A stretch of 64,000 nt of DNA, from assembly GCA_002633005.1 (NCBI GenBank), contig NMRA01000030.1:1599015-1663014 (forward strand). Direction: 5' to 3'. The stretch is from Phoronis australis (lineage: Eukaryota > Animalia > Phoronida). How positions within the stretch are numbered: position 1 is the first letter of the stretch; each line of letters starts with the position of its first letter. A model generated the notes under the pieces. That model searched no databases and was not told the DNA's origin. It saw only the letters and a program-made list of their open reading frames with translations. The position numbers were made by a program, and so were the translations under genes. Shown here one piece after another: positions 15,405-26,698 of this stretch.

Positions 15405-15515
15405 TATATTTATATAGATACAGCTTTGTACCAAGGCTACCATAGACCCCGAAATTGCATACAGCCAGGGTCAAAGTTCTGCTCGTCACCTCGCCGTGAA
15501 ACTTGTTTCAACATG

Positions 15516-17783
15516 CACATATTGGACCTGGGAAAGTCCAAATGGCCAAACAAGAAATCAAATTGATTTTATTTTAACTACAGACAAAAATATCGTCATG
15601 AACTGTGAAGTGTTAACAAATGTTAACATTGAAAGTGACCACAGAATGGTTAGAGCAAAAATAAGAATCAACGAAAGACTACTAAGGCTTAAAAAAAATA
15701 CAAAGACTGAGACCATTGAAGGCAAACACAGAACACATGGAACAATGCAAAGAGGAATTTCAACTGGCACTACAAAACAGATTTCAAGCTTTAGAAGAAG
15801 AGACTCAATCAATAGATACTGTTAACAAAATCCTAACAGAAGAAATCAAGATCCTACATGAGAAAAAAGGAAAGACAGGCACAAGTCTATCACCTGAAGA
15901 CACTAAAATTCAACAGATGTACACAAAAAGAAAAGAACTGTACAAGAAAGACAAAAAGACAGAAAGAGAAAGAATAGAATGCAATGAACTTAACAAAACA
16001 GTGAAAAATGAAGAGAAATAGATCTTGACGAAAAAGAACAAAGATGATAATGAACACAATTGTAAAAGGAAAATTACCAAAAGAAATCTCCAAGCAAGGA
16101 AATAAAAAGAAGATATCAAAAATGCGAAACTCTAACGGAGAAATAACAATCAACAGAGAAGAAATACTCAAAATATGTGCCGATTTCTACAAAATTTTGT
16201 ATGAGAAAACGATGAATCCACCAGAAAAGATGGGAATCAGGAATCTAGACACAGAACAAGTACCACCTTTTACTTAGGAGGAAGTAGAACATACTCTCAG
16301 AAGGATGAAGAAAAGAAAGGCAACAGGAAATGATGATATTACAAGCGATATAATTTCGGCAGGAGAACAAGAAAAAAAAACAAATACTTGACAAAAGCAT
16401 TCAATGTAATTTTAAGGACCCAAACCATCCCAGAATGCTGGAAAGAAGCAAAAATAATAATATTATTTAAAAAGGAGACCGAAGTGACATAAAAAACTAT
16501 AGACCCATAAGCTTATTAGCCCATACATACAAACTGTTCACAAGGCTATTACAAAATAGAATGGAGAAACAACTGAATGAAAATCAACGCCGAGAACAAG
16601 CAGGGTTTAGAAAGAGCTAATCAACAACAGACCATCTGCAAGCCCTTGGACAAACAACTGAAAAATGTAACGAATTTAACCTGCCACTGTGTGTTGGTTT
16701 CATAGATTATGAAAAGGCTTTTGATTCAATTGAACACTTTGCCATCATTGAAGCCCTAAAAACATCAACATAAATGAAACGTATGTAAAATTCCGGCAAA
16801 ATATTTTTCAGATGCCACCGCCAGAATACACATCGACAACCACGTCTCTGAAAGATTCAACATAAAGAGAGGAGTTAGACAGGGAGACCCAATTTCACCT
16901 AAACTGTTTACATTGACAATGGAAGAAATCTTCAAATCTTCAGACCCTCAGAGGGGAATAAACATAGACGGAGAACATCTAACAGACCTAAGATTTGCAG
17001 ATGATGTTGCTTTGTGCACAGAAGACATAATACAATTAGAAACAAATTTAAATATACTGAATGAAGAAAGTAACAATATAGGATTAAAAATACACAAGGA
17101 CAAGACAAAGTAAACGACAAATTTTGAAACAGACGAACAAGTAATGGTGGAGAACAAGATCATTGAAAGAGTCACACAATACAAATACCTGGAACAAACT
17201 ATACAAATGGGAAACCGTATGACCAATGAAAAATAAATCCGAATAAGAGCTGGGTGGAGTTGCTTTGGAAAAAACAGAGAAATATTCTTAGATAAGAACA
17301 TACCCATATCCCTGAAAAGAAAAGTATTTGACCATTGCATCACCCCCACAATCACCTTTGGATGCCAAACATGGACCTTAACAAAACAAACAGTTGCCAA
17401 GCTAAGAACAACACAGAGAGCAATGGAGAGAAAAATGCTCGGAATAAAGTTACTAGACAGGATTCCACACACAGAGATAAGGGAACGAACAGAAGTCATG
17501 GACATAATCAAGACAATTCTGAAATTGAAATGGAGGTGGGACGGACACGTCGCCAGAGCACAGGACAACAGATGGACAAAAAGATGCACAGAGTGGCAAC
17601 CCAGATATGGAAAGAGATCAAGAGGACGGCCCCAAGCCAGATGGAGAGATGACTTCGTGAAGACGAGAGGCACAACGTGGATGAGAGCGACAAGAGACAG
17701 AACAAATTGGAAGGCATTGTCGGAGGGCTACATCCTGCAGTGGATGGACAATGCCTAGGTACAAGGTACAAGGTATAAGGTAC
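15516..17783 (+). mobile_element. 5'-truncated, frameshifted RTE-clade non-LTR retrotransposon
   Basis: APE C-terminus (WTWESPNG..IDFIL..SDHRMV), RT motifs YRPISLL, EQAGFR, FIDYEKAFDSI, GVRQGDPISP, LRFADD, C-terminal KWRWDGH..RGRP..RW; multiple stops/frameshifts; 3' tail of (AGGTACA)n repeats. Confidence 0.93.
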
Positions 17784-20700
17784 TTTTTACCCACATCGGC
17801 GCAAAGCTGTATATTTAGTATACAGCTTTGTACCAAGGCTAAGTGGTACCTAGCTGTATTTTGACGATAGTCTTTATACAGGTAGCTGGCTGGTTACCCT
17901 GTCTCAAGAGTTTTTTTGCTGAAGCGTAGACGAGTTGACATACTCGTGTATTTGAACGAAAGCAAAAAACGAGAAGGTTACTTTTTCTTATCACTTTACA
18001 ACTATTTGAAGAGACTGTAAAATGTGTGTAATACTCTTCTGTCGGTACGCGTGCACTTACAGATTTAAAAAACTGGATGCTAGTCGCGATCTCAAAACTT
18101 AAAAAATTAGCCTTGGCATAAATAGCACGAACTTGACGTGAATAATTGGCTTCTTAAAATCACTGGCGCTTGAATTTATGTGCTCTCCGATCACCACAGA
18201 CGTCACTCAATATGTTTTTTATATGGTTAAGAGTCATCTGAAAATTTGAGTTTTTATGCTTAAAATTCTATGCTGAAGCCTTTTATTGTTATCTCCTTTG
18301 TGTTGCTACAGATAACGAATTGTGACAAAAAAGTTGGATTCTCTCCAGTGGACTTGGCTTAGATCACCAACGTCTTAATGGGAATTATTCACCAGTATTA
18401 TTCAGAGATTTCACTGATATGATCCTATTATTTGCAGAATTGCTTGATCGCTTATTTTTAGTGTTTGCGTTACTGTCTAACTGTAAGAATTAGCCTACAC
18501 AATGCCTGTCTGACGTACATGTATTTAAGTTATGCAGTTGAAACGAACCAAAGACGATTTCGAATACGTTATAAAGTGTTTCAAACAACTGGCAAGAGAC
18601 GCGACGTTTTCTGGGAAAAAATTATTTTCCGGTGAAAATTCAACCGTTTGCGGTGCTTCTTCAATTATACCAAGTCCTAAAGAGCTTACCTTCAAAAGCC
18701 ACCTTTCACCAATATATGTTTTCCTAATTAATGTCCCGAGACTGGAGTCTCTGACTTGGCGTGCAGGATTGATGGTAGCACCGTTGGCCAATATCACGGT
18801 ATACAATGTAAGCAATCGTTTAAACGACTAGCTTTTTATGGTAATGCAATCCTCTGCTTTGTTGACTCAGCAATCAGCAGATTCGTGCCACTAGCAACAG
18901 CTAAAGTAATAGAGAAAGTTTGCTGAGTGAGAAAGTTACACAGGGAAACTGTCGGCGCAAAACGATAGTTGGTTAATTGATTATTAACGGTGACATCTAT
19001 TTATAAATCTTTAGGCCCTCGACTTTTGATACTTCAGAAAACAAAGTAAACAATGTCTCTGTGCAATACCATTTTTTCGCCCGTTCTCACATAAAGTACC
19101 CAATAACGGTAAAGATATAATTTAAAAGAAATATTAGATTTTCCATGAACTAAGCATTTGAAGTCATTCCTTTTCAGTGTATAGCAAACTATGTGCAATT
19201 GGCACCCTGGATATTCATTTTTGAGGAAGTTGTAACACTTTTAATTTTTACACTCCCCTCTACCATTTTGATAACAGCAACGACACCTCCGACGGTACAG
19301 ACCTAAAGATGTTTCTATTACTTCTAAAATTGGGTATCAACTTAATTTTAAGTCAGATGTCGTACAGGTAAAAACCTGTTAGTGGCACTATCTTGCTGTG
19401 TAATAGCGGTAAAGACATAGCGCTACAGACGTAGCATTATCCAGGTACTTTTTGATACTGGGGTTAGATATTATTTCATGTGTCAAAACTTCATCCAGGT
19501 AAAGATTGTAACTATATGTAATCAACTTATTTTGACACAATAAAAGTTAGGATAATAATATCTACTTGATCTGTAAAAACAGCGAGGATAGTAAAGGCAC
19601 ACGAAATGTAGGGCAGTTTGGAATTTTCTTACCTTTTAGGTTACGTGAGACCCAAAAAAGTTTGCAAATTTCTGCTTTCTAAAACTATATACAGCAGCGC
19701 CGATTCCGCCTGCAGGACCTTTTCCGGCTATGTGATTTTCGAGAAAGTACCATGCCACGTGTTAAGATTTTAAATCAAAAGGATCCCATGTAAGAGTTTG
19801 AAATTCATAATTGTTCTTGTACTGGCTGCTGGGACCATCAGAAACAAAATGTATGGTGTCGATTCCACGTGACCTGAGATCTCGTAGGACAGGATGCAAG
19901 TGGGCCCAAACTGCTGCGTAGTTGTGCCTGGTGTCCGAACTCATAATGCAATAACACCTGGTCAAATGTTTCCCATCTGTCGTCACAGTAGCATGACACG
20001 TGTGTAGGGAAACGTGCTCTGCTTGCTCCAAAATGCATAGACAGGACTTCAACTGTTACCTTACATTGATAATTTTCACTGAAATCAATCTGCAAGAAGC
20101 TCTCATGTTCTTTCAGCTTGAAAGAGCATGAGAGAGGTACTTTTCAGATGGGGAATCTCAGAAAATTGATGGTGAATTCGAAATTCTTGGTGCATAAGGA
20201 CTTTGAAATTTGATATTAGCAATAGTGTCCTTCTTTTCAATCTTCTTTGTCACTCTCATTTCCACTGCTGCATTTTGGTTCTTTGGTTTCCAGAACAGTG
20301 TTCCATTCACTATAGGAAATGTTATCGATTGACGTTGTCAGTTTTTTCCCTGTGTAGATGTTATGATTTTTGTTTTTGCAGTTCTTACATTCATACATGC
20401 ATCTTTGATTTCTTGTACAGCATACCAACCTTGCGATGAAACTTTTAAGATTGGGTGTAGCCAAAGGACCGTGTAAATAAAGTTTCGATGCTATTAAGTT
20501 CGGCGTTGCAAGTGTACATTGAATGCCACTGCGTCTCCGTTCTTGACACTTGGTGGTACAACATAAAATGGGCGTAGGCGGGTGAAGTTCGGATACGACA
20601 ACATGGTTCCAGGATTTTCTATATAAAACTCCTTAAACAAATTCCTCATTGTGTCATACAGAAACCGTTTATGGCGTTTGTCTTTGGAATGTGTCATTGT

Positions 20701-21706
20701 TTCACGTTTCCTAGGTGAGGGCATACTGTTGTCACCTCTGTCATAAAAACGAACTATCTTGTCTTTTGTTATACCAAAGACAGTTCTTTGTTTTCTGTTA
20801 TGTTGTAGGATACCCATCTTCTGCGTGTTGTTCTTGAGGCAAAATTCAGACAGTGACAGCTGAGCCTTAGCCTTGTTCAGCATTCTGTATTTCTTCAAAA
20901 TCAGTCAGACTACAGCTTGATGATTAAGCTTTTTCTCTTTCAGCCCTTTAATTTGACCTTTCAATTTCAGTTGAACATCAACACCTAGTGCAAACCCAAA
21001 GGTAAAGTCCCGTCTTATTTGCACAGTGTTTCCAGATCGCAACAACGCGGTAACTTTAGAGGCAGGAGAAACAAAGCAATGCTTTGAAATAGGTTGCTTC
21101 TTATACTGTGACACTTTGTTTGTGTCTTTCAGGCCCGTAGCCAGGAAAGGCTCCAGCCCCGGCCTATCCGTTAAAGATGGGATAACAACAACAAAACTGT
21201 TGCAGCTACTGGTCCTACTAACTACAATGATAACTTTTGAATTGGGTTCACGTAATCATCGGGCCGTACCCGGTCAACTTCGCCCGAATGGTGCTTGATG
21301 ATGGGGTCGTGCAGACGATTAGAGAAGGCTTTATGTTATTCATCGGTATTGAACGCGCGTGGTGGTTACAACATAGGTAACACGGTACTCTAGAAGTAAA
21401 TGTCTATACCTAGATATAATAGACTATATTGCAGAGAGCTCCCAAAAAGTAGTGCGGCGTGAACGTCTTGAAATCGACCAAGAAACAAAATAGCAGAGTA
21501 GTTCTTTCTGCTATTTTTATTGTGGCAGAGTACGGTAAAGTGCAGACATTTTCAAATTTCCACTTTGGCTCTTAATAGGTAGATGATATGCGTGCGTGTA
21601 CACGTGAGTGCGTTTCCATTCTTTTAAATTCAGAACACGGCGATGATAATTAAGTTCGCTATAGGCAGTCCTCCGTCGTTGCAAAAAAAAATCAGACATT
21701 TAACTA

Positions 21707-21838
21707 CATGGACGGCGCACCATAGGGGGTTGGGGGGATATAGTCCCCACTTTTTTCAGTGCTGCGCCCCCCATGGTCTATGGGCGATGCACCACAGGGA
21801 GGCTATAGCCCTCATTTTTAAGTGCTACACCGCCCATG
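21707..21838. mobile_element. Tiny dimeric CATGG-ended MITE nested in the 21130 element
   Basis: Two ~65-bp units CATGG(A/G)CGGCGCACC..GTGCT.C.CC.CCCATG; TSD AACTA; related dimer at 57894-58030. Confidence 0.75.
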
Positions 21839-21968
21839 AACTACCGCATTTTCTTGCACTAAGAAAACCCCGACGAGCATGTTTATATTATTAGGGAATG
21901 GTAGGTCTAGACCTTATAAAAAACTTTGGTCAATGAAGAAAGTCTTCTCTTGTCAATCAGTGCCAATG

Positions 21969-23159
21969 GCGCACAGCCTCTCAGGCGTCATACGAGCAAC
22001 AAAGTTGATGGAAAAGATTTCCAAGGTTACATGTTATTATTCCGTAGGTTCACTATTCCAAAACTCCACTTGGAATCGCTAATGATAAGTTACGAAAAAT
22101 GTCACATTTTGGCTAAAGATTTGGAATCGCGATTGATCTGTCACGAAAAAAGCTGTGTTGAATGAGCAGCTCACAGGTGTGTACCGCACGTTGGCTCTGT
22201 TTCGATAGGCTTGTGGTCGTCTTAACGTGTCATGATACATTTACACTCTCTGCCCCTCCTGTATGCCCCTCTACTTGCTGCCACGTGTATTTCACTTTTT
22301 ATTTAGCTTCGTATGTATTCATTCCACTTATTGCTTGATGATGAGACATGCAGTTTCGAAACATAGCCAGTGTTTTAATTTGTTTGTTTCTTACGCCTCT
22401 CAGTGTTTTGATACATAGCTGTACACCTGAAGACAGGAGACAGTTTCGACGCTATATGTATTAGCGACTCTGTATCAACCTTTCCAACAAAAAGTTTAGT
22501 CGTGTTTTCAACGAAATTTGTGTTAACGAAGGGCTGCTACCGAACTATACTGATTTTAAAAATGCCAGAACGTACTCATTTTCCATCGTAAGAGATGCGG
22601 GCAATTTCGTATGTGCATTTTAATCAGTAATACCCGGACGCGTTGTTTTCGCTATAGGTACATGTACATGTACACCACTCAGCTCATCTAAATACCGAAG
22701 TATCGTTTATTGTTGCATGCAAAGCATAAAAATTATACCCGAGTTCGAAATTTTAGATATTTTCGGAGTAGTGAACCTTCGGAGAAATGTACCTCCAGAG
22801 ATGTAACTCGCAAAAATACAACCAGGTAAAGTGGCCTACTGCTAACCACATTTAGTTTTTACCCGGCCGTGCACAAGGTTCTTTGGGTGAGGTTGTGGCG
22901 CAGCGGCCTTAAACTCTTCAGTCGCGTTGCGTTGCGATCTTGACATGGATTTGATGAATGCGTCGTGGTTGATAATTCATCAGTATTCCGACTTCATATC
23001 GTTCTAAAAATGCAAGTGTGTACTTATTTTAAGACATGCGGGCAATTTCGCATGCACAAGCATACACACGAAATCTGACCACCGTTTCTAGTGAGCAGTG
23101 AACCTTCGAAATAGTGAACCTCCGGACTAGAGAACCTTCGAAACAGTGGGCTGTTACCG
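21969..23159. mobile_element. Possible nested MITE with subterminal GTGAACCTTCGGA repeats
   Basis: Repeated GTGAACCT(T/C)CG units at 22770, 23098-23140 and inverted at 22041-22055; end GGGCTGTTACC vs start GGCGCACAGCC; no clear TSD. Confidence 0.4.
22230..22460 (+). mobile_element. Possible Penelope-like element 3' remnant with degenerate hammerhead-like motifs
   Basis: LN..LPLLYAPLL ORF-end-like remnant, then TTGATGA-TGAGAC-ATGCA-GTTTC-GAAAC (22335-22362) and CTGAAGA..TTTCGAC (22427-22450). Confidence 0.4.
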
Positions 23160-23613
23160 ATTCCAGCGATGTAAGCAACTTAAATAACACGCAAAAATAA
23201 AACCGAATAAACAATTTCGTCAAGTCATTAGCCGCTTAAACTTTATATTTCCGTCCGATATGTAATGAGGTGTAATCACTCATTTAAGCATGGCTGATTT
23301 GGCAGGTGGTAATGCGAGAACGTTCTCTTTCTGGACCGCAACCGAATTTGTGTCCCGTTCTTTGCTAGTAACCGTCACAGCGTACTCATTTCTGGTATTA
23401 CAAAATCTGTCTCATCTCATGAACGTAGAGCTGAGAGCTATCGTTATGTATACTGATCCCCACCCATAATTAACTTGAAGCTGCGACAAAGGCCTTACCG
23501 AAATTTCTACAGTCCACCGTTCTAGAAATTCGAACCGCCCCCGCTCAGTGCTGGCTACGGGCCTGTCTTTAACTGTTTGATCTTGTTCTTGTATTTCTTT
23601 AGTGTATTGTTGT

Positions 23614-24463
23614 CAGTGGCGGATCTAGGATATCACAAGGGGGGGCCCAACATTTTGTCTGAAAACATTTGCGCAAAGCACGATTAGATGCGCATAGCAC
23701 CGAATGGGGGGAGGAAAATTTTTCTGTTTTTTCCTCTAAAAATCAAGCATTTTCCTTGATTCCTGAAGTATTATCCAAGAAAAAATGCAAAGAAAAAGAA
23801 AAGCAAAAAACGGAGAACGTGTCAAACATGAAAAAGCGCAAAAATCACAAACACGAACTCATGACCTGGCGGAGAGAGAGCTCGTGCTTTACTACTGCAC
23901 CACCACGACTTTACTCGTGAGTTGATAATGAGAGACCTCCTTGTTTATGGTCCACAGCGTTTGCGCGCGAAACAAACTTCTTTTTGTATTGCTTAATACA
24001 CTTTTTATATTTTGTGCAATCAGTTCGTAAAAAAATTGTTGTAATATAGTCTTCAATTGCCCAAGACACCAAATCCGTTTTTTGTGTTGGCATTAATGAC
24101 GTAATTGCTTTGGAAATCGTCTAAGTTAAAGTTTGACAAAGAGAGAATTATGAGTTTCTGAGTGATTCACTAAGGCTTCGATTAAAATTCACATCTTACC
24201 AGCAGCTTCTGTTTTTTCATCGCCACTCAGATTCCATTTTCCTTAAAAATGAAGTAATTTTCTTCATTGCACAGTGAAGCAGACGACGGAAACGGAGTCT
24301 TAGTGCGCAGCGCCACTGCCGGTCGCCTGGGATATCGCGGGAGAGCCTATACTTAGCCACAGTTTCGTTACGATTGAGCCGTGCTCTGAATTTGACACAT
24401 TGGATCTGAGCCNTTTTATTTTTTTGCGGCAGCCTTCTGACCCCCCCCCTCATTCCGCCTATG
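23614..24463. mobile_element. Second hAT5-like non-autonomous element in the Sola2 ORF
   Basis: Imperfect TIR CAGTGGCGGAT..ATTCCGCCTATG with G/C tracts; TSD GTTGT at 23609-23613 and 24464-24468; contains an N at 24413. Confidence 0.75.
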
Positions 24464-24849
24464 GTTGTGTTTCACTGTTGCTTTGTTGGAGGTGTTTGGT
24501 TAGTGCATCGTTCGTGTACTTTTATTGCACGTCTCCCCGTTTTTCTCCTTCATTCAAGTCGTGCACTGTTTTCAGCATCCCAACTTGTTTCCTTTGTTGA
24601 TACCTTAGCTTTTCTGTTACCAAGTATGCCTCGTACCTTTCAGGACCAGCTTTCGTCCTTTCTCAACTTTTTCTCATTGCCTCAGCATTGGATTTCGTAT
24701 TACCTACCATTATGTTTAACTTCAAGATAAAACAGAATGAAATAACAAGAGCAAACCACACCTTTGAAATCAGTGAAGTCGATAAGCTTATACGAGTGTT
24801 AATTGATATCACTAGAACATGAAAGTCTGTCAGAAGTGGACTGACACTG

Positions 24850-25451
24850 TTCTTAGTTTAATTAACCTGTTCTATTGTTCTGATTGTGTTCTAGCAGATA
24901 GTTATTCATTGGCATGACCCCCGAGGTCAGGACAGCGATGATGTAATTTGTTTTCCAAAGAATAGTTTTGAACATTCTAGAAGAATCTAGCATGTGAGTG
25001 ATCAATGTAATCAGTAACATTCCAGAGCCTAGGATATGTTTGTAGAATGATTGGGTAGATTTGGGAAAGTTCTAGAATGTGCTTGAATTGATGAAAATTT
25101 CTAGAACATTCTATAGATACCAAAGCACAGATGTGTGACAGTTAGTTGAAAGTTAGCAATAAGAGAGTTACAGTTAAGTTGCAGTGAAGACAATCAGCAA
25201 TTACAGCGATAGCCAATGGAGACCCAGCTTTTGAGACAGCAAGTTATTGAGTCAAAGAGTGCCAACAGTTGCCGGAAGTGTCTCAAAAGTTCATCATAAG
25301 TCAAGGCTTCGCAGCACTGGTTGGAGCATGAAATGGACATTACTCGGACGTTTTGTTTGACTGGACTTGTGAACGTACGGTCGAGATTAATAACTCGAAT
25401 CAGTATTCAGTCTATCGCCGCACTGAAAGCTATTAGCACCGGGCGGTATCA
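24850..25451 (+). mobile_element. Possible solo LTR-like sequence
   Basis: Clustered TCTAGAA motifs and a GGCGGTATCA end resemble invertebrate Gypsy LTRs; no partner LTR or convincing TSD. Confidence 0.3.
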
Positions 25452-25599
25452 ACCTGCACCCACCCACACACGGGGAAAGACGTGGCACAGTAAAAAATTG
25501 CCTGCCTGGGTCTCAAGTCTGTTTTTTTTTTGTATTGTCAAATCTGTATCCAAATCAGTTCTGTCCAATATTCCGGTTTGTAAGGATGTCTTTGAGTGA

Positions 25600-26070
25600 A
25601 AGTGATACATTTATTATGGGTACATGTACCTGATTCAAGGAGAAAGGATGGGGCGGAAGAAAAATCGCAAGGGAGTTACCAGGAAAACGGTGGGTCATGT
25701 GACTGTAAATAGACTTATTACTAAAATACGCAACACAGGGTTTGTCGCGCAAAAGTGGCAGTGGGAAACTAAAGACATGTTTGAAAGAAAACGAGGATCG
25801 TATTGAGGAACGGATTCAATCCCAGGAGGACATCCCGGCCCCACATGTCCCAGAGAGAAGTCGCAAGGGATTTACAAGTGAGCAAGTCATCAGTGCAAAG
25901 AATGGCGAAAAAACTGGAGTTAAAACCCTTCAAACGACTGTGGGTATCACGGAGAGATCAAAATACTAGAAAGAAAAGGAAAACTCGATGCTGCTACTTG
26001 CATCACCGCTGTTCAGCCACTGATGTGAAAAGAATCACTTTCAAAGACTTAACGGCTAGAAATTGCTAAG
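25600..26070 (+). pseudogene. Tc1/mariner (maT-like) transposase N-terminal fragment
   Basis: Frameshifted HTH-type motifs TVNRLITKIRNTG..RKSGSG..IQSQED.P..HMSQREVARDLQVSKSSVQRMAKKLELKPFKR; catalytic domain absent. Confidence 0.7.
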
Positions 26071-26538
26071 GCTGTTTTCAGACTAGTTATATCACCAATA
26101 ACGTCACTTAAAAAAATATCGAAATATCTGTGAAACGTACAGAGCGTAAAATTCCATAATTTTACTAGTTTACTAACACGCCTTGAAGTCTGCTGCGACA
26201 GGCTCTTTCTCTCGTTCGTTTTTACGCATTTAGTTGATCTGGATTGCAACTGCTCAAGCACATCGTAAAACCATTTTGTTCACAACCAATGTTTGTCCGG
26301 CTATTGTTGTATTAACACGTGACCGCGCCCTAGTTGGTTGCTTAATTAATGTCAGATCATTAGACAACGTCACTTCGACGTATTTGTCATCTTCCTTACC
26401 CAAAAGAAAATAGTGACAAACAAAATGACTATACAAAGCAAACTCGTACCCCCCAAGGTAAAAGTGCTGAGCTTCCAGTGAAACCCTGTTTTGACATTTA
26501 AGAAAATAACTCATGCTTATATTGCTTACATGTATATG

Positions 26539-26698
26539 CAAGGGCGGATCCAGGATTTTGAGTTGGGGGGGGGAGCAGGGCAGAGTATTAGCCAGGATTT
26601 TGCCCGTCAAACATTGGCACCCCAGAACTGCCAAATGGAATTTGGGATAATTTTAGGGGGTACGGCACCCCCTTGGCCCCCCTCTAAATCCGCCAAAG
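26539..26698. mobile_element. 160-bp hAT5-like MITE
   Basis: CAAGGGCGGATCCAG..CTAAATCCGCCAAAG; TSD ATATG at 26534-26538 and 26699-26703. Confidence 0.8.

Larger units (their letters stand above)
13020..15439 (-). mobile_element. AcademH-like element copy C nested in B
   Basis: TAGCC..GGCTA termini; exact 9-bp TSD CCATAGACC at 13011-13019 and 15440-15448. Confidence 0.88.
12954..17841 (-). mobile_element. AcademH-like element copy B nested in A
   Basis: TAGCC..GGCTA termini; exact 9-bp TSD AGTGGTACC at 12945-12953 and 17842-17850. Confidence 0.88.
12661..17896 (+). mobile_element. AcademH-like element copy A (outer shell of nest; left part internally deleted)
   Basis: TAG..GGTTA termini; exact 9-bp TSD CCCTGTCTC at 12652-12660 and 17897-17905. 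Confidence 0.85.
21130..23565. mobile_element. Non-autonomous hAT-like element with 5-bp TSD (hAT5-like)
   Basis: Perfect 15-bp TIR CAGGCCCGTAGCCAG; TSD TCTTT at 21125-21129 and 23566-23570. Confidence 0.88.
19330..24710 (-). pseudogene. Degenerate Sola2-like DDD transposase, interrupted by two nested insertions
   Basis: N-term MVGNTKSNAEAMRK..ERYEAYL (ATG at 24710), FTRLRPFYV, CC..C..C..C, QIDFSENY, FVSDGPSSQYKN, KGPAGGIGAA (HGKGxxDG-like with D lost). Removing both inserts restores the frame HLQQSNSETQQYTKEIQEQDQTVKDTNKVSQYKK. Superfamily assignment is from motif recall; left boundary approximate. Confidence 0.75.

Noticed and set aside
16948-17673. Longest ORF in the track (241 aa, minus strand)
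   Set aside because: Antisense shadow of the A-rich RTE LINE; no domain motifs.
15440-17896. Inversion explanation for the scrambled repeat ends around the LINE
   Set aside because: Three exact 9-bp TSD pairs explain all junctions by nested insertion.
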